The notes under the pieces: model-generated | The model's input: the letters and a program-made list of their open reading frames with translations, nothing else | Databases searched by the model: none | Told to the model about the DNA's origin: nothing | Position numbers and translations under genes: made by a program | Origin: Catajapyx aquilonaris | Taxonomy: Eukaryota | Assembly: GCA_000934665.2 (NCBI GenBank) | Contig: JYFJ02000049.1 | Coordinates: 124,001 to 188,000 of the forward strand | Length of the DNA: 64,000 nucleotides | Direction: 5' to 3' | In this document: piece by piece, positions 13,638 through 26,000 of the stretch | Numbering within the stretch: position 1 is the stretch's first letter | Layout of the letters: each line of letters starts with the position of its first letter

Positions 13638-13666
13638 CTGCAAAAACACAAACATACAGCGTTAAA
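13631..13666 (-). other. Recursive splice site (ratchet point): juxtaposed acceptor and donor, junction at 13638/13637
   Basis: The minus strand reads TTTAACGCTGTATGTTTGTGTTTTTGCAG|GTAAGCT. Branch motif TTAAC (A at 13662), U-rich tract with no AG, and CAG immediately followed by GTAAG. Same strand as the host exon. Confidence 0.7.
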
Positions 13667-15924
13667 TGTGACTCGGTGTGATGCTAGACTAACATGTTAT
13701 ACGGTCTGGGCGTCACAAAGTGCCATAAAGAAAATTGCTATCATGTTTCAACGACGACAGTTCTGACTCTTAATGGCCAAGACAGGGGCGTGGTTTAATT
13801 TAAAACGAGGATGATAACACTGCACAGAAATTTGACACTGGTAAGCAAAATCCAAATATTTATCCCTCCAAAAGAATCTAACGGAATGAATGTACCATTT
13901 CATTCAATATAAAATTGAGTGATTACTGTAATACACCTATCAGTTTTGCACTGCAATATAAGGTATGAAAAAAACAGCAGTGTCCACGTAAAAGTAACAC
14001 ACCATGATTATAAAATGCATTCACCAGAGGCAGAAATTGTGTTATTCCACACAAAACCACACCACACATAGGCTGGCACACCATAATAGCATAAAATAGT
14101 ACACGTAATTGTGGCATTCAAGAGCCAGGCCATTTTAAAAACCCTAAATTGTAATAAAGTTAAGGCATACATTGCCATACCCCCCCAATCACACAGGGCG
14201 AAATGCAATGAAACGAATGCCGGTTGCGTATTGTACTGGCACACAAACGCACCTGGTTTAATTCAGCAAATAGAACCCGGCGGCGGCTTTCCAATCCCTG
14301 CACCCTCAAAAACTTCCTGATCCTTTTCAAAGAATAAAAGTGCATCCCTCAGCAGCGCCGCATAAGAGGATTAGAAGGCAGCTCCGGATCACAAGACGCG
14401 CAGAGGCAGAGAGACCGGAGACAGCACCAGGGGAAGACCAGTGCTTGGTAAATATTGATTCCTATCCCTGCCACGAACAAGTGATGTTCATCTTACTTTT
14501 GACACCATTCCCGCCACCTATTCTGCCACCTGCTATCGGATTCCGATGGTCTTTCTATCGATCATTCCGTCCCCTCCTATAGCTGCTAATCAAGAGGCTC
14601 TTTATAAGCTAGTCGTAGCCAGAGGACGCTTCTGGACACTTTCCTCAGTTTGTTCTAAAAAAAGAGAGACATTTGCGCGGTGGGGACAAAAGTTTGGCAA
14701 TAAACAAAAGTGAGAGATATAAAAAGTGCATGCAAGAATATTGCGCAAACGACACCCTGTGGACCGACTAGCTCGCTCGCTTTCTGAAGAAGTGTTTGCA
14801 AGTTTTTCCCTATCCCTGCTGCTTCTGCCTGTGTTTCAGCAGCACCTCCCCAACTTTTGTCCCCTGTGCTGTTGCCTAGGCAGCAAGTAAAACAACACTC
14901 GGGGACGGCAACGGGATTAAATAGCGAAACAAACTCGTGGCGACAAATCAGGACCAACTGATCCGGGTGTTACGACTAATTATCCCAGACGGCTGAAGCT
15001 GGCTGCCAAAGGGAACTAACTGGTCGCACTCTCATCTTTCCTATGTACTGTAACGTGAGGTGTTGCCAGCACGTGTCGTGGACCGCTGTATAACCGCAAG
15101 ATCTTACCATCATATTTTCTACTGGAAGTTCCCAGCAGGCACTTGTTATGTCCTCTGAATAGCCAGTTTTCCAAGTCAAATAGTGCTAGGCATGTAAAAA
15201 AAACCGAGGGAAGAGCCCACTCCTGTCCGACATTAGGCTCTGGGCCGTGTCCTAATGGCCTCCGATATATTCCAGCAGCAGACTTTATATGCTCCCGTCT
15301 CGCTGGCAAATTGCGCGACCCGACCTTGTTGGTGCGGCAGCCCCGGAGCCATACAAGCGCCACCAAACACCCCACTTTTATTCACTTTTCCTCGGGAATC
15401 CCACAGGCAGAATTTCCCCCAGATATGGAATATTTTTTTCAAGCCCTATGCAAAGCCAATTTTTACGTCTAGCAATCACTCTTTGACCCACCTGTCGTCC
15501 ACACATGTCATCCGATCATCCGAAAATCCGGTCCCGTCACTTGCCAACACCACTGCAATGCGATGCCCAGACCACCAATTCCTTCTGCCTGTCTGCATAT
15601 ATCAGATGTTTCCTTTCTCTAGCTATCTCTCTCTTCTAGCTCTAACTGAAGACCCGTCTACCCCCCCTCCAAATGAACCTCCAGCAGGGAAGTAAACAAC
15701 GTGGTTCCCAGCTCCCAACTCCTCGCTCCAATTCGTTCCCGATCGCCGACAGGGAAATCGTTTCCGGATGCCTGATCATACGTTTCCTACTAAGTGTCCA
15801 AAAAGAGACGTCTCGCTGAGAGAAAAAGGAAATTCATGGACGTGCCGCTCAGTTGCAAAAGTAAACACAAAGAGGAAAGACGCACTGAACCTTAACGACC
15901 AACGCTGGCTGTAACGTGCCCGGA

Positions 15925-15999
<75 letters not shown>
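15925..15999 (+). repeat. (AAT)25 microsatellite
   Basis: Perfect trinucleotide array; it explains the poly-Tyr and poly-Leu ORFs in the track. Confidence 0.98.
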
Positions 16000-16001
<2 letters not shown>

Positions 16002-17316
16002 ATTCAACAAATGCGCCGAAAACAAAGCATAATAGTCACCTCCTAGCACATAGTAACAAGCAATTTATACGACACGGAAGGTGATTTGCACTGCCTCATT
16101 AAGGCTGGTTCTAAGGCGTCTCACAAAGGTTCTGCGGTTGTGTCATCAGCTTCATTGATGGATTATAGTAATATTTAACGGCCGTGATATTACAACCCGG
16201 AGTTATTAACTGCATCGTGAATTAGAATAAAAGTCATCAGCTTCTGCCTCCTTAAATCAATTAGAACAGATCTGTAGCATCTCCGGGTAAGTGATGACTC
16301 AGGGGGCCTGTTCAATAACCATTCTCTGCTGGTACAGTCTAAAAAAAAGAGATATAGAGTAAGGGTGGAGAACTCGGTGCCATTTGGCCCCCCTCAAGAC
16401 ATTCGGAGAGCATTAAAGCAAAGGTGTTTCATACAGAGAATGGAGCGGAATCCACTTTTCGAGGGATACGTTTATGCGCCCGCCGCCAGATAAATTCCTT
16501 GATAGGGCCATAGGAGCCTCTGAAGTTTCTTTACGATCGCCATTTTGAAGCCAAGTGGCCCCATCGGAGAAAGCGGCCTAATTTATTAGGCAATAAAATA
16601 TACTGTAGTTTTCCTGTCAACCCTCTCTTCCCCCGTGCAAATATTCCCATGGTGCCGCCAGAAATCTTTGTCTGATAAAACGCAACATCCTGGCCAATTG
16701 ATACACCCACTTCTAGGCCAATATCGGCCAACTACGGTTTGATTGGGCCATGAAAAGTGGAATTACTCCGACTGCCCAGACACATCGATAGATGATAATA
16801 TTAACATGGGAATGGAGGGGCTCGCAGCCCGAATTGCCTTTCCGCCCAGCAGCCCGGTTCCGAGCAGTTAAACCTTCAATGAACAAGTTGACGTGCTACT
16901 ACATCCTGGCAACTTTACACCGCCCTGTGCCATTTCCCCCCACTTTCCAGCCTAGGACTGCGAGACCCATTTTTCTTCCGGGGCTATACCATCTGCGCCC
17001 CCCTCTCATTTGGGATGCACCTATCCTCTCTGGTGTGCACGAGTGTGAGAGTGGGGGTCCATTCGGCGTGTGTGGGCCGATGCGCTCGGCTAGCGTCAAT
17101 CACACACTGCCCACGCTCGGCTTGAGTGTGAAGTGAAATTTCCTGACCGCTATTCATCCTCTCGTACAGGGAAACCATTCAACTTCAGGGACTGTGCTCT
17201 CATTGCATCCCGATGATTCAACATTGATCCGTTACACCCCGTTTTAAAATGCCCAACTAATACCACAGCTATCTACGTCATGTCGTGCCGCTACAGAATT
17301 TCGGAATGAAGCAGCG

Positions 17317-17330
17317 TGCGCCATCTAGTG
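17317..17330 (-). promoter_or_regulatory. CTCF core motif
   Basis: Plus strand TGCGCCATCTAGTG, i.e. CACTAGATGGCGCA on the minus strand, matching the CTCF core (C)CASYAGRKGGCRS. Confidence 0.55.
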
Positions 17331-18845
17331 ATTTCCTTCTTCATTTCTTGCCCTGTAGCAACATCATCAGCGTGACGGACGTGGTTGTAAGGGGTCCTGC
17401 TTAGCATCCATAATAGCAAGTTCTGGCCATCCCGTTAACAAGGCTGGGCGTATCTGTGTCAGACGCCGAGAGCAGTTCATCACCCGGGCAGCCCCGCACT
17501 TTTTTAATGCCCCATCCGAGATGCTGAGGGAATATGCACCGCCCAGCACATTGCCTCATCCCCTGCGCGTAGGCTGCAGATGACGACCATTAATTTCGCA
17601 TGCTCTTGGATGGAACCATACCACCAGCAAAAGCGCGGGGGCCTTGTTGGCCCAGAAAACACGGCTGGACCAAATTTTTCCGTGCATGATAACGGCAGTG
17701 GAAAGACAGCGTGTAATATTTGCAATATCAAAGAGAGAAATGTAGGGCTGTGAGTGAAGCCGGCCCGGGCTTTTGTCAGTGAAATCCCTGGAACAATACT
17801 AGGAATTTGATTGTACGGGCTGATTTCCACGTGTGCATTTTCCATGCCAGCCAGGGGATATGGAGAGATGCGGAGATCCAGCTTATGGAGGACAGACAGG
17901 CAAGTTCCGCCGATGAACTGTGTAGCAGGGCAGTGCAGTGTTGAAAAGCTCTGAGCAAATCCTACTGGGGGCCCCATGAGGCAGCCAGCTGCAGCTGCAT
18001 TTGCAAAAGGCGGAAGCAAGGCAGCTGGGGCGTTGGTCCCTCCCAAAACCAAGAAGAGAGCCGCTAATGGAGCCTGCAATTGCCCACACACACGCCAAAC
18101 ACAATGGCTCTCTTTTCCCCTCCCAACCAAACCCTAGCAGCCTCAGCTAACCCAGTCAGAGAACGTTCGTCCAAGGTGTAGACTATTTGCTCCTGCTGAC
18201 AGCAGATGGGCCCCATCCACATGTTGGGCCTCTCAAAACACCCTGCTGAATCCATAATTACAGCACTTGTCCACACTGAATCAATATTGGCCAAGGAGTG
18301 TTCCTGTACTATGGGGACACGTGTCTGGTTGCTGTTTATTCCAACATGTATACGTTGTAACGTGTGTCAACCGCATAATCATATGTGAGCCAGTCACTGA
18401 CACCCCCACACGCGGCGTGCGGCAATCACTATGTAATAACCATCAGAGAGCCTGTGTTTAGGCTCGCTGTATGAAGGACATGTCGAAAAAGTGTCACCGC
18501 TGTTGCCATCACAGCCCGATAATTACAGAGATTCATCCTACAACTCTTCCATAGTACAGCACATAAGCACAACGAAAATTAAAGCTCGTGTACAGGTTCT
18601 TACTACACAGTTTATTATAGGACAGTTTTTTTTTGTTTGCAATAAGTGGAATCTCTAAAATCAGTTGCTAATGTAGAATTGGCATATCCTCTTTAGAGCA
18701 GTGGAATCTATAGCTTGCCAAAAATTGGTTAAGCCATTGATTTCGGCTGCCAATGCGCCAAAGCGGGCAATTCACACGGTCTTGAGCTCAGAGATTCATG
18801 AAAAATTCAGTGCATGAATAAATGTTTCCACTCAATCTAATACTG

Positions 18846-18980
18846 TACAGTAAAACCTGTCTGTAACTAAACCCTATATATAAGCACAGCGGAAACTTGC
18901 CCATTACAAGCTTTTACCCCCCGGCACATGATTACCGTAGATTATTCTGTTGTCTCGTATAATAAAATGGAAACCTGTTC
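18846..18980 (+). mobile_element. Possible degraded left end of a pogo/Tigger-like non-autonomous element
   Basis: TA-CAGTAAAACCTGTC terminus with related internal motifs GGAAACTTGCCC (18891) and GGAAACCTGTTC (18969). No matching right terminal repeat was found. Confidence 0.3.
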
Positions 18981-21160
18981 AGCTCAAAATGTGTTTTTTT
19001 TTAAATTGGGGGAGGGGGGTTCGACTATTTTGTTTTGTAATGTTCTATAATGGTAGTCTATAGATATTCTGAAACTAACTGCTTAATAACAAGCAGTTTG
19101 AGAAAATCTGCAACGGTTCATCCTAAGCAAGCTGTACAACAGGTTGACAAGATAACAGCACGTCCTCCTTGAAAGAGTTCTTAAGCAAACTCTACAAAAA
19201 AAAAACACTTAACAATGTATGCCATTCTCGGAGCCTAAATTGCAAATTGAGTAATCCCGTGTTGAACAACCGCAAGAGCATGCTTTTTATCCCCCCTATT
19301 CTCAGAAGTGATGAGCTACTTCCAAGTATAGTTTTGCAAGGCCCTCGCGAGGGAGCCCATGAAAGCTCTAAGTGGTTAGAAAGCTTGTAGAAGCCGTATA
19401 CACTGTACAAAGTTTGAAGCTCCCTAGTTTCATCTGAACCTCATAAGCCCCGAGACGAAGACAGCTATTGGATACTGCCGTTAATAATTCCACGCGCTGC
19501 TTCAAAAGTCATGAGAATCCCATTTTCGTAAGAGCCTTCGTAAAACCCCTTGATGGAATAAGATACGTCGAGAGCCTAATACGCTTCCGTAAGCTTCGGG
19601 ATTTGGCCCCCTATAACCCGCTATAACTAGGGAAGACTCGTCTTGCTTCCTTTCACGCGGAGAAGACCATTTAAATTATACAGACCTTATTTTTTTTTAA
19701 CGAGGAGGGATTCACCCTATTAACCAATCCTTGCTTGCGGTTCGTTTTGCCGCAGCTGATTAAGCTCTTCCCGTCAGTTAAGTTGAGGCACCCACTATGC
19801 CAATTACTGACACGGCTTCCATTATTTTCTTACGCCACATTTGACACCCTTTAATTGCATGCGGTTGTAAATTTTGGCCCGCCGGATTTGGTGGGGGGAA
19901 TGGATAGCTTGTTCATATGACCCTGCTGCAAATGATGGTAAGACAAAGGCTGATAATGGGCTTATCTAACTCAAGGGGACGAATAAAAACAATTTGCTGA
20001 ATGTTCAGATACGTATTTTCCGGTATAACTACACAGTGTAACTTGTAAGAATGTATATAGCATTTCCATGCACTTCTGGTGATGCTCCATGAAACTCATT
20101 CAGTGTTTACTCTCCTAAAAAAATTAGGTAGGCTAGGTTCGCCATGTGGGAAAGTTGTCTCTCAAGTGCAGTGAATCAGTACTAGCGTGCACTCGACGAA
20201 CTGCACGAGCACCAAAAACAAGTGAAAATTTCCACCTGACAATTCGTTAACACCTGGTACATTCACGTGCAGCATTTTAGTCTGACTCTAGTGGTTCCCA
20301 TGCAATCCATCCATCATTTCAGGCCACACGCACAAAGAGTAGGTCCTGAGAGGAAGTCATGTGCCGCTTCTTCTTCTTCTTTTCAGCAGCCTCTGGAGCT
20401 GAACACTGCCTCTGCGACCAATCTTTTACAAATGCTATCACCTGCGTTTCATACGGTTCCTTTTGTTCCCAGCTATGCGACCGCGCCTTCCACCTTGGAC
20501 TGCTTTTTATCCTCTCCCACACCATCGCCTCGACTTCCCCTTCCTCTTCGGCGGTCCCCTCTCCTGCCTTCCTCTTTCACAAGAATCGATTCGAATCACA
20601 ACAATAGATCCATAAAGGCAAGTGAGGGTAGTCTGCAGCCATTTTTCCCCGTCTCTCTCTCTGCTGCTGGAGCCCAGAAGGAAAAGTCTGGATCAAATTT
20701 GGCGATTGTACTGCACTTTCTGTCAGACACGGAGAGTTAGAAATCAAGGATCCTCTCCCGGATAGAATTTCAGAAACATTCAAAAGCAGAACTAGTCACG
20801 TTGCATCTGGAAAAAGCCCCGGAGAGAGCCAAAAAAAATTCAGTTTCCGTGAAACGCATAAATAAATGAGACGCGCGACGCTTCCGGAAAACACACGGGA
20901 AGTTCTTTATACACTCGAAGGAATGTAGCCTTTCCTTGTGTTGAAGCCAACCCGTCTGCCGCACCACTTTTCATGAAGGAAAATTCCTCGCTTCATTATC
21001 TTTGAACCATATTTATTCTCATATGCATGCTGCTCGGAAGCGGTTTGGTTGGAATGAAGTAGGGAGTCCTTGGCATGCTGGCTACAGGCAAGGAACGGAA
21101 GCAGGGTATATTTTCTCCTCCTCCACAATTTCCCCTCGGGATGCCCTCCAGACTCGTGCA

Positions 21161-21295
21161 TGATTAATCATAATTACAAATCGCTTGATTAATCATCTGG
21201 ATGTGATTAATGGATAGGGGTGTACCTATTATATATACACCGCCCGCTAACCTTCCTTCTCAATTTGCAGAATATTTACTCTGAGGGACCACCCA
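21161..21295. promoter_or_regulatory. Candidate enhancer: cluster of Exd/Pbx-Hox TGATTAAT sites plus a Ci/Gli site
   Basis: TGATTAATCA at 21161 and 21186 (each palindromic), TGATTAATGG at 21204, GACCACCCA at 21287-21295. Confidence 0.45.
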
Positions 21296-23026
21296 GATGT
21301 TCTTCGGGAGGGCATCGATTATAGACCCAAATGTACAGTACATGCAATGGTTGCACTAAAGATGTAAAGTGCACCCGATTGTGGATATCCCTAATCGATG
21401 TGCAGTAACCGCGAGTGCTCACGGCACGTGGTCAGCCAAATATTCCGCGTTAAAAAAAAAGTCAGCAATTGGGGGGCCATAATGTTTTTAATGCTTTGCA
21501 GCTACATGGTGGGCCATAAAATAGCAGCAAAAATCGAGTCGCCAGGGATGCTCCACATTCCCCCCCTTTTTGCCGAATTGGCTTTTGACTTTTCGCGCTC
21601 GTAAAACCAAAGCTGGTGGGTCATAAGTTCTGTGGAAGGCAAGGGTAACTTTTATTCCCTGGTATGGTGGACATCGCTTCTTGCATGCATTGCCTTGGAA
21701 AGAGAGAAGTTTTGAGGCGCATAAATCTTTGCCGGGAAGAATTTCGTGGGCCGGACGACGCCTGACATATTCGCGAGACGACGCATCAAGACGCCTGTGC
21801 GCCTCAGGGGTAATCCATCAGGAGGAGAACAGGAGATGTAGGAGGCCCCCACCGCAGTTCGAAAACCTGGATTTAACTGCCGCCATCCAACAACAAATCA
21901 CGGCTGATAAGGTTGCCGCCGCGACAGCTCCTCGCAGCTTTCTTCACAAGCACTTTCTGCGAGTCTTGGCTTCTCAAGTCGCTTTGGAACTCTGCCACCG
22001 ACGAACAATCATTTCACAAACCTTATCTTACCTCCTTCCCCCTCCTCTTTCCTATAGAAAAAAAAGAAGAGCTGGGTCCTATAGAAGCATCATCATAAGT
22101 TGGCTTCGCACAGCCGCCATCTGCGACTGACGCTCTAAAACTTGGGGGGTTTTTCAGCGCAGGCAAACAGTTTCGAATTACTGGTGGTGTCTGTGCGCTG
22201 GCCAATTTGGAATCCAATTTCTTAGCCAACAAAAAAGCCCAAGTTTGCCTGATAATGAAACACCGGGGGAGTCTGCTTCCATGCGATTGTGCGAGCGCCG
22301 ATGTGCGTGTGTCGTTCCCCAGGGAAGCGACGCATTGTATGGAAACTCTCCCCACTTTTAAATGCTATGGGCGTTAATTGCCAGCCTTTGTGACGCCAAG
22401 AAGGTGACAGTCGACTCCCCCTCCTGTCATGGTCCAAAGAGTTCCTCTTCTTATTCTAAGGAGGCTGGGACTGCAGAAAAGTCTTGCCGCTGCCGCCTGC
22501 TTGGCCGTCGGCGCAATTGCAAAAGTTCGCACTTCTCTCCCAGAAGGCTTTTGTTTGCCCTCCACCTTTGTTGGGAGGCGGTTCTCACTCAACTGATGGA
22601 TGGCCCCACGCACTTGGCCAAAACTAGGGGAAAAGGAAACGAAAAAAAAGAAGGAAGAAGGGGGTGGAGGAGGGGGGGGGAGTCCTCGCAACTTCCCACC
22701 AATTCCAATTTCCGCCTTCCTTTTCTTGGAGGAATGGTTTCCACTTTGTCACTTCTCTCCGTTAATCTAATTCATTAAGGTCTCCCTCCCCACCCTCCAT
22801 TTCCCCCTCCAGATTTTAAAGACTCGGTAACAAATATTAACTGGAGCATCGTCAGAGGAAAGGCACATTATTTCACATTACTCTGCAATTATAAATTGTT
22901 GAAGTGCTTTTCAAGTGCCAAGACATTTTATGCCCAAAGTTTTCTTAGGCAACCGCAAAATCGGCCCTTCTTCGTGGATAAACATGAAAAAATGGGATTT
23001 AAAATGAGATTCTACGTGGGAGAGCA

Positions 23027-23055
23027 TCTCTCTCTCTCTCTCTCTCGCTCTCTCT
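23027..23055 (+). repeat. Interrupted (TC)n microsatellite
   Basis: (TC)10, then GC, then TCTCTCT. Confidence 0.9.
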
Positions 23056-26000
23056 GGCCTGGACCCATTTCAGGGTGCAGCAGCACCAAGGGAGAAAGCA
23101 AAATCAGCATTTCCCTGGTCCTAAAAGAGAGGGTGGGAATTGCTGCGCTCTCACAGCAGAGAGACATGGCTGACTCTGGTGGAATAATGGCGTGGTTCTT
23201 TTGATGGCGTGCTACATGTGCCAGAGATGGTCCCCGAGGGATGATCGCTGCGACGCCTCATGGTCGAATCATTCTTAGCCTTGCTTCCACCATCTTTATA
23301 TGTATACTGCTGTCCCATTCGTCTCGAGTAATCAGAGCAAAACAAAATACTTCCAGGGATTTCAAAACTCCCATGATATACGATTCCTGCTAACCGAAAT
23401 CAACCCAACATGACATTCAGATTAATGTGATCCAAAACCAATTAGTGCGAGGCACGTTCAACTGACCCACCCCATAGCAATCGAGTTGCTATAAATAATT
23501 GTGTGAAATTCCCACAATTACGGCTTATCTGCGGTAATTTGCGCAATGCAGGGTAGAAACTCAATGATGAGGTTTTGAGTGAGGCTCATTACACACATTA
23601 TGTCCATAATTTTATCTAATGTAAGATCGCATGCGGCCCATTCAACACGTGCCGCTTATTTCAGTTAGTACACGTGCTGCTTCCCTCGTACAATTAATTA
23701 GCTCCGCTTCTAAAAAAAAAGTTTGGTCCCTGGCGTCCCACAAGATATGGAGGAGTGTGTAATTAGGCTGGCTTAAGGCAACCGTCCGGACGCAATGTAC
23801 AAGGTGATTCAACGAATCTCTACAAACTTACACAATGCGAGACAAAAAAATATTTCTTGAAATGTTTTTACAGAATCCCGCGAGCACATACGCGCCGTAG
23901 AGAAAAATTAATGTCATAGCAAAAGAATTTCCCAGAGGCAAGATATGAAAGCTGCCATGACAAATATCGCTGATTGCAACGTCCGACGCCATGAAGTGGA
24001 CGCCGTAGAAATGTTTCTGGAGGAAATGGATTAGTCCGGTGCAGGTTTGTCAAAGGAAAAAAGTTTCATTTGAAGACAAAGAGTGAGGTAAACCTATATA
24101 GAGCCTGCCCTGAGACTAATAGGCCAATATTTCCCCCTGAACGTCCCCAAGAGATGGTAGCATTGTAACCACAGCAAGACTCTACGTTCGCCGGATTCCA
24201 ATTCCATGAACGCTTTTTGCCTCTGCGTTCCTTTTTTCCCTCTCTTTTTCCCCCTTTTTTTTAGAACCCCCTACTTTTTTGGCAGAGAGACTATATAGTA
24301 TGGGAAAGAGAAGGGGATAGTGGAAAATAAGGGCCAGCTCGCTGTATTCCGACAATGCATTTCTAGGGCTAAAGTCGCGGAGCCTTGGCATTGGTGGGAT
24401 TCCAAGAGAATTATGACGCTGGCAGAAGTAGCGTGGCGAGAAATGGCATTCTTTGGGGAGGTCTCCCCCCCAGAATCAATAGAATTTCAAGTGAACTTTC
24501 CAAAGCCAAAGAGGATTGGCAAAATAAATTTCTCCAGACAAACCTTAAGCTGTGAATAGGAGAAGGGAGGAATTAAAATTTATAGATGCCGCCTTTCTGG
24601 GGTCTTCCGTTAGAAAAAAATATATATGTATACGAGATAAAGAAATGCATAGTGTCAGCAGGGCCATTTCTGCCTCTTACAATTCATGAGATTCAATTTC
24701 GGCCTTTATTTAAGGAGAAGTTCCGCTAAGGAAAACAAACGCGCTCATTTACATCTCTTCGGTATTTTTTCGGAATGGAAATGTATGTACCCAGTGATGT
24801 AATCCCATCCTTGTATAGCGATTTGAGAAACGTCCCCAACTTCATTTCGAAGAGAGTGCTTTATGGCCTACTGAGTCAAGCACAAACCACAGCAGCTTCC
24901 GGGACATTATTTACGTGCCGCTGGTCAGAAGCAGAGAGCCTCACAATTTGTGCTGCTCAGCCGGGAGTTGGCCTATAACTGCACCACCATATACAGAGTT
25001 CACCCCTTGCAGCCAGTGCAACTGGATGGAATGGTAACTCGCTCCATGCTCTGGTTAAATGCATTTGACATACTGCATGTCATGGCAAATTAAATCTCGC
25101 GGTTCCAAAACGGGAACAATGGGAAACAACGAGTCATTGTCTTCGGTGTTTTAATAAGCATCCTCAATGACGATTACACCAAGATTTGACAAAATGGCAC
25201 TCATCATCGCGTAATGCACTTATCACGGTTTGGATGCTCCTGCCTGCTGCATTCCAGCAGCGTCAAATGAACCAACTTCCATTCCTGCAAAAATGTCAAC
25301 GAACCTAGGCGACCTGTCACACAAAAGAAAGAGCGGAAAATGAAATACACACAATATAAAAGAGCCATTCCAGACTGATAAAGAGTCGCCGAATCTCCTC
25401 CGACTTGCTCCCCATATACATTTAAAGCGCACTAAAAAGGATACCGTCGCCCTGGATATTACGCCTCCTGGCTTATACCTTGAGACCAGCCCAGCTGATG
25501 AAAAATTCTGGCAAAACTCTCAACCAAAAAGATAACGGACATCCATCCATCTACCCCAGGCCATTCCCGGTCAGGTTTTCAAGCCGACGGGGCTATGCAG
25601 GTAGCAATATCGCAAAAGTAATCAGGGGGTGGTGGAGGTAAATCAATTTCCATGGCGCCGGCTCCACAAAAGGCTCGCCCTTTTTCCCCCCCTTTCCTTC
25701 ATTTAGCAAGGGTCCGGGTTCCAATTTGGAGCAGCTGCTGGCACACTTGCCACCGAGGATCAACTCTTCCTTATCCTTCCACCGACGCTATCTCTGGCCT
25801 GCTCCACCGCCATCAAGACCGCACCGAAATAACGTATAAGGCACGGTAGCAACTTCTTAATTGAGTCCAAAGGCGGACCATTGCCGACATACTGATTTCT
25901 TGCAGCCATCGTCAGACCCAGGGTCGTAAACCCGGGTCGTTTGCAGCTGCGAATAACGTTCTGGCGTCCCTGAGCGCAATCAATTTTTTACGTCCTGAAA

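Noticed and set aside
15776..16049. Poly-Tyr and poly-Leu ORFs
   Set aside because: They are translations of the (AAT)25 microsatellite.
21345..21381. Imperfect hairpin considered as a pre-miRNA
   Set aside because: The stem is only about 13 bp and matches no conserved miRNA I recall. A manual check for common bilaterian miRNAs found none in the window, though it was not exhaustive.
22621..22638. 18-mer AAACTAGGGGAAAAGGAA repeated at 61008-61025
   Set aside because: Low-complexity purine sequence whose similarity barely extends into the flanks; probably chance.
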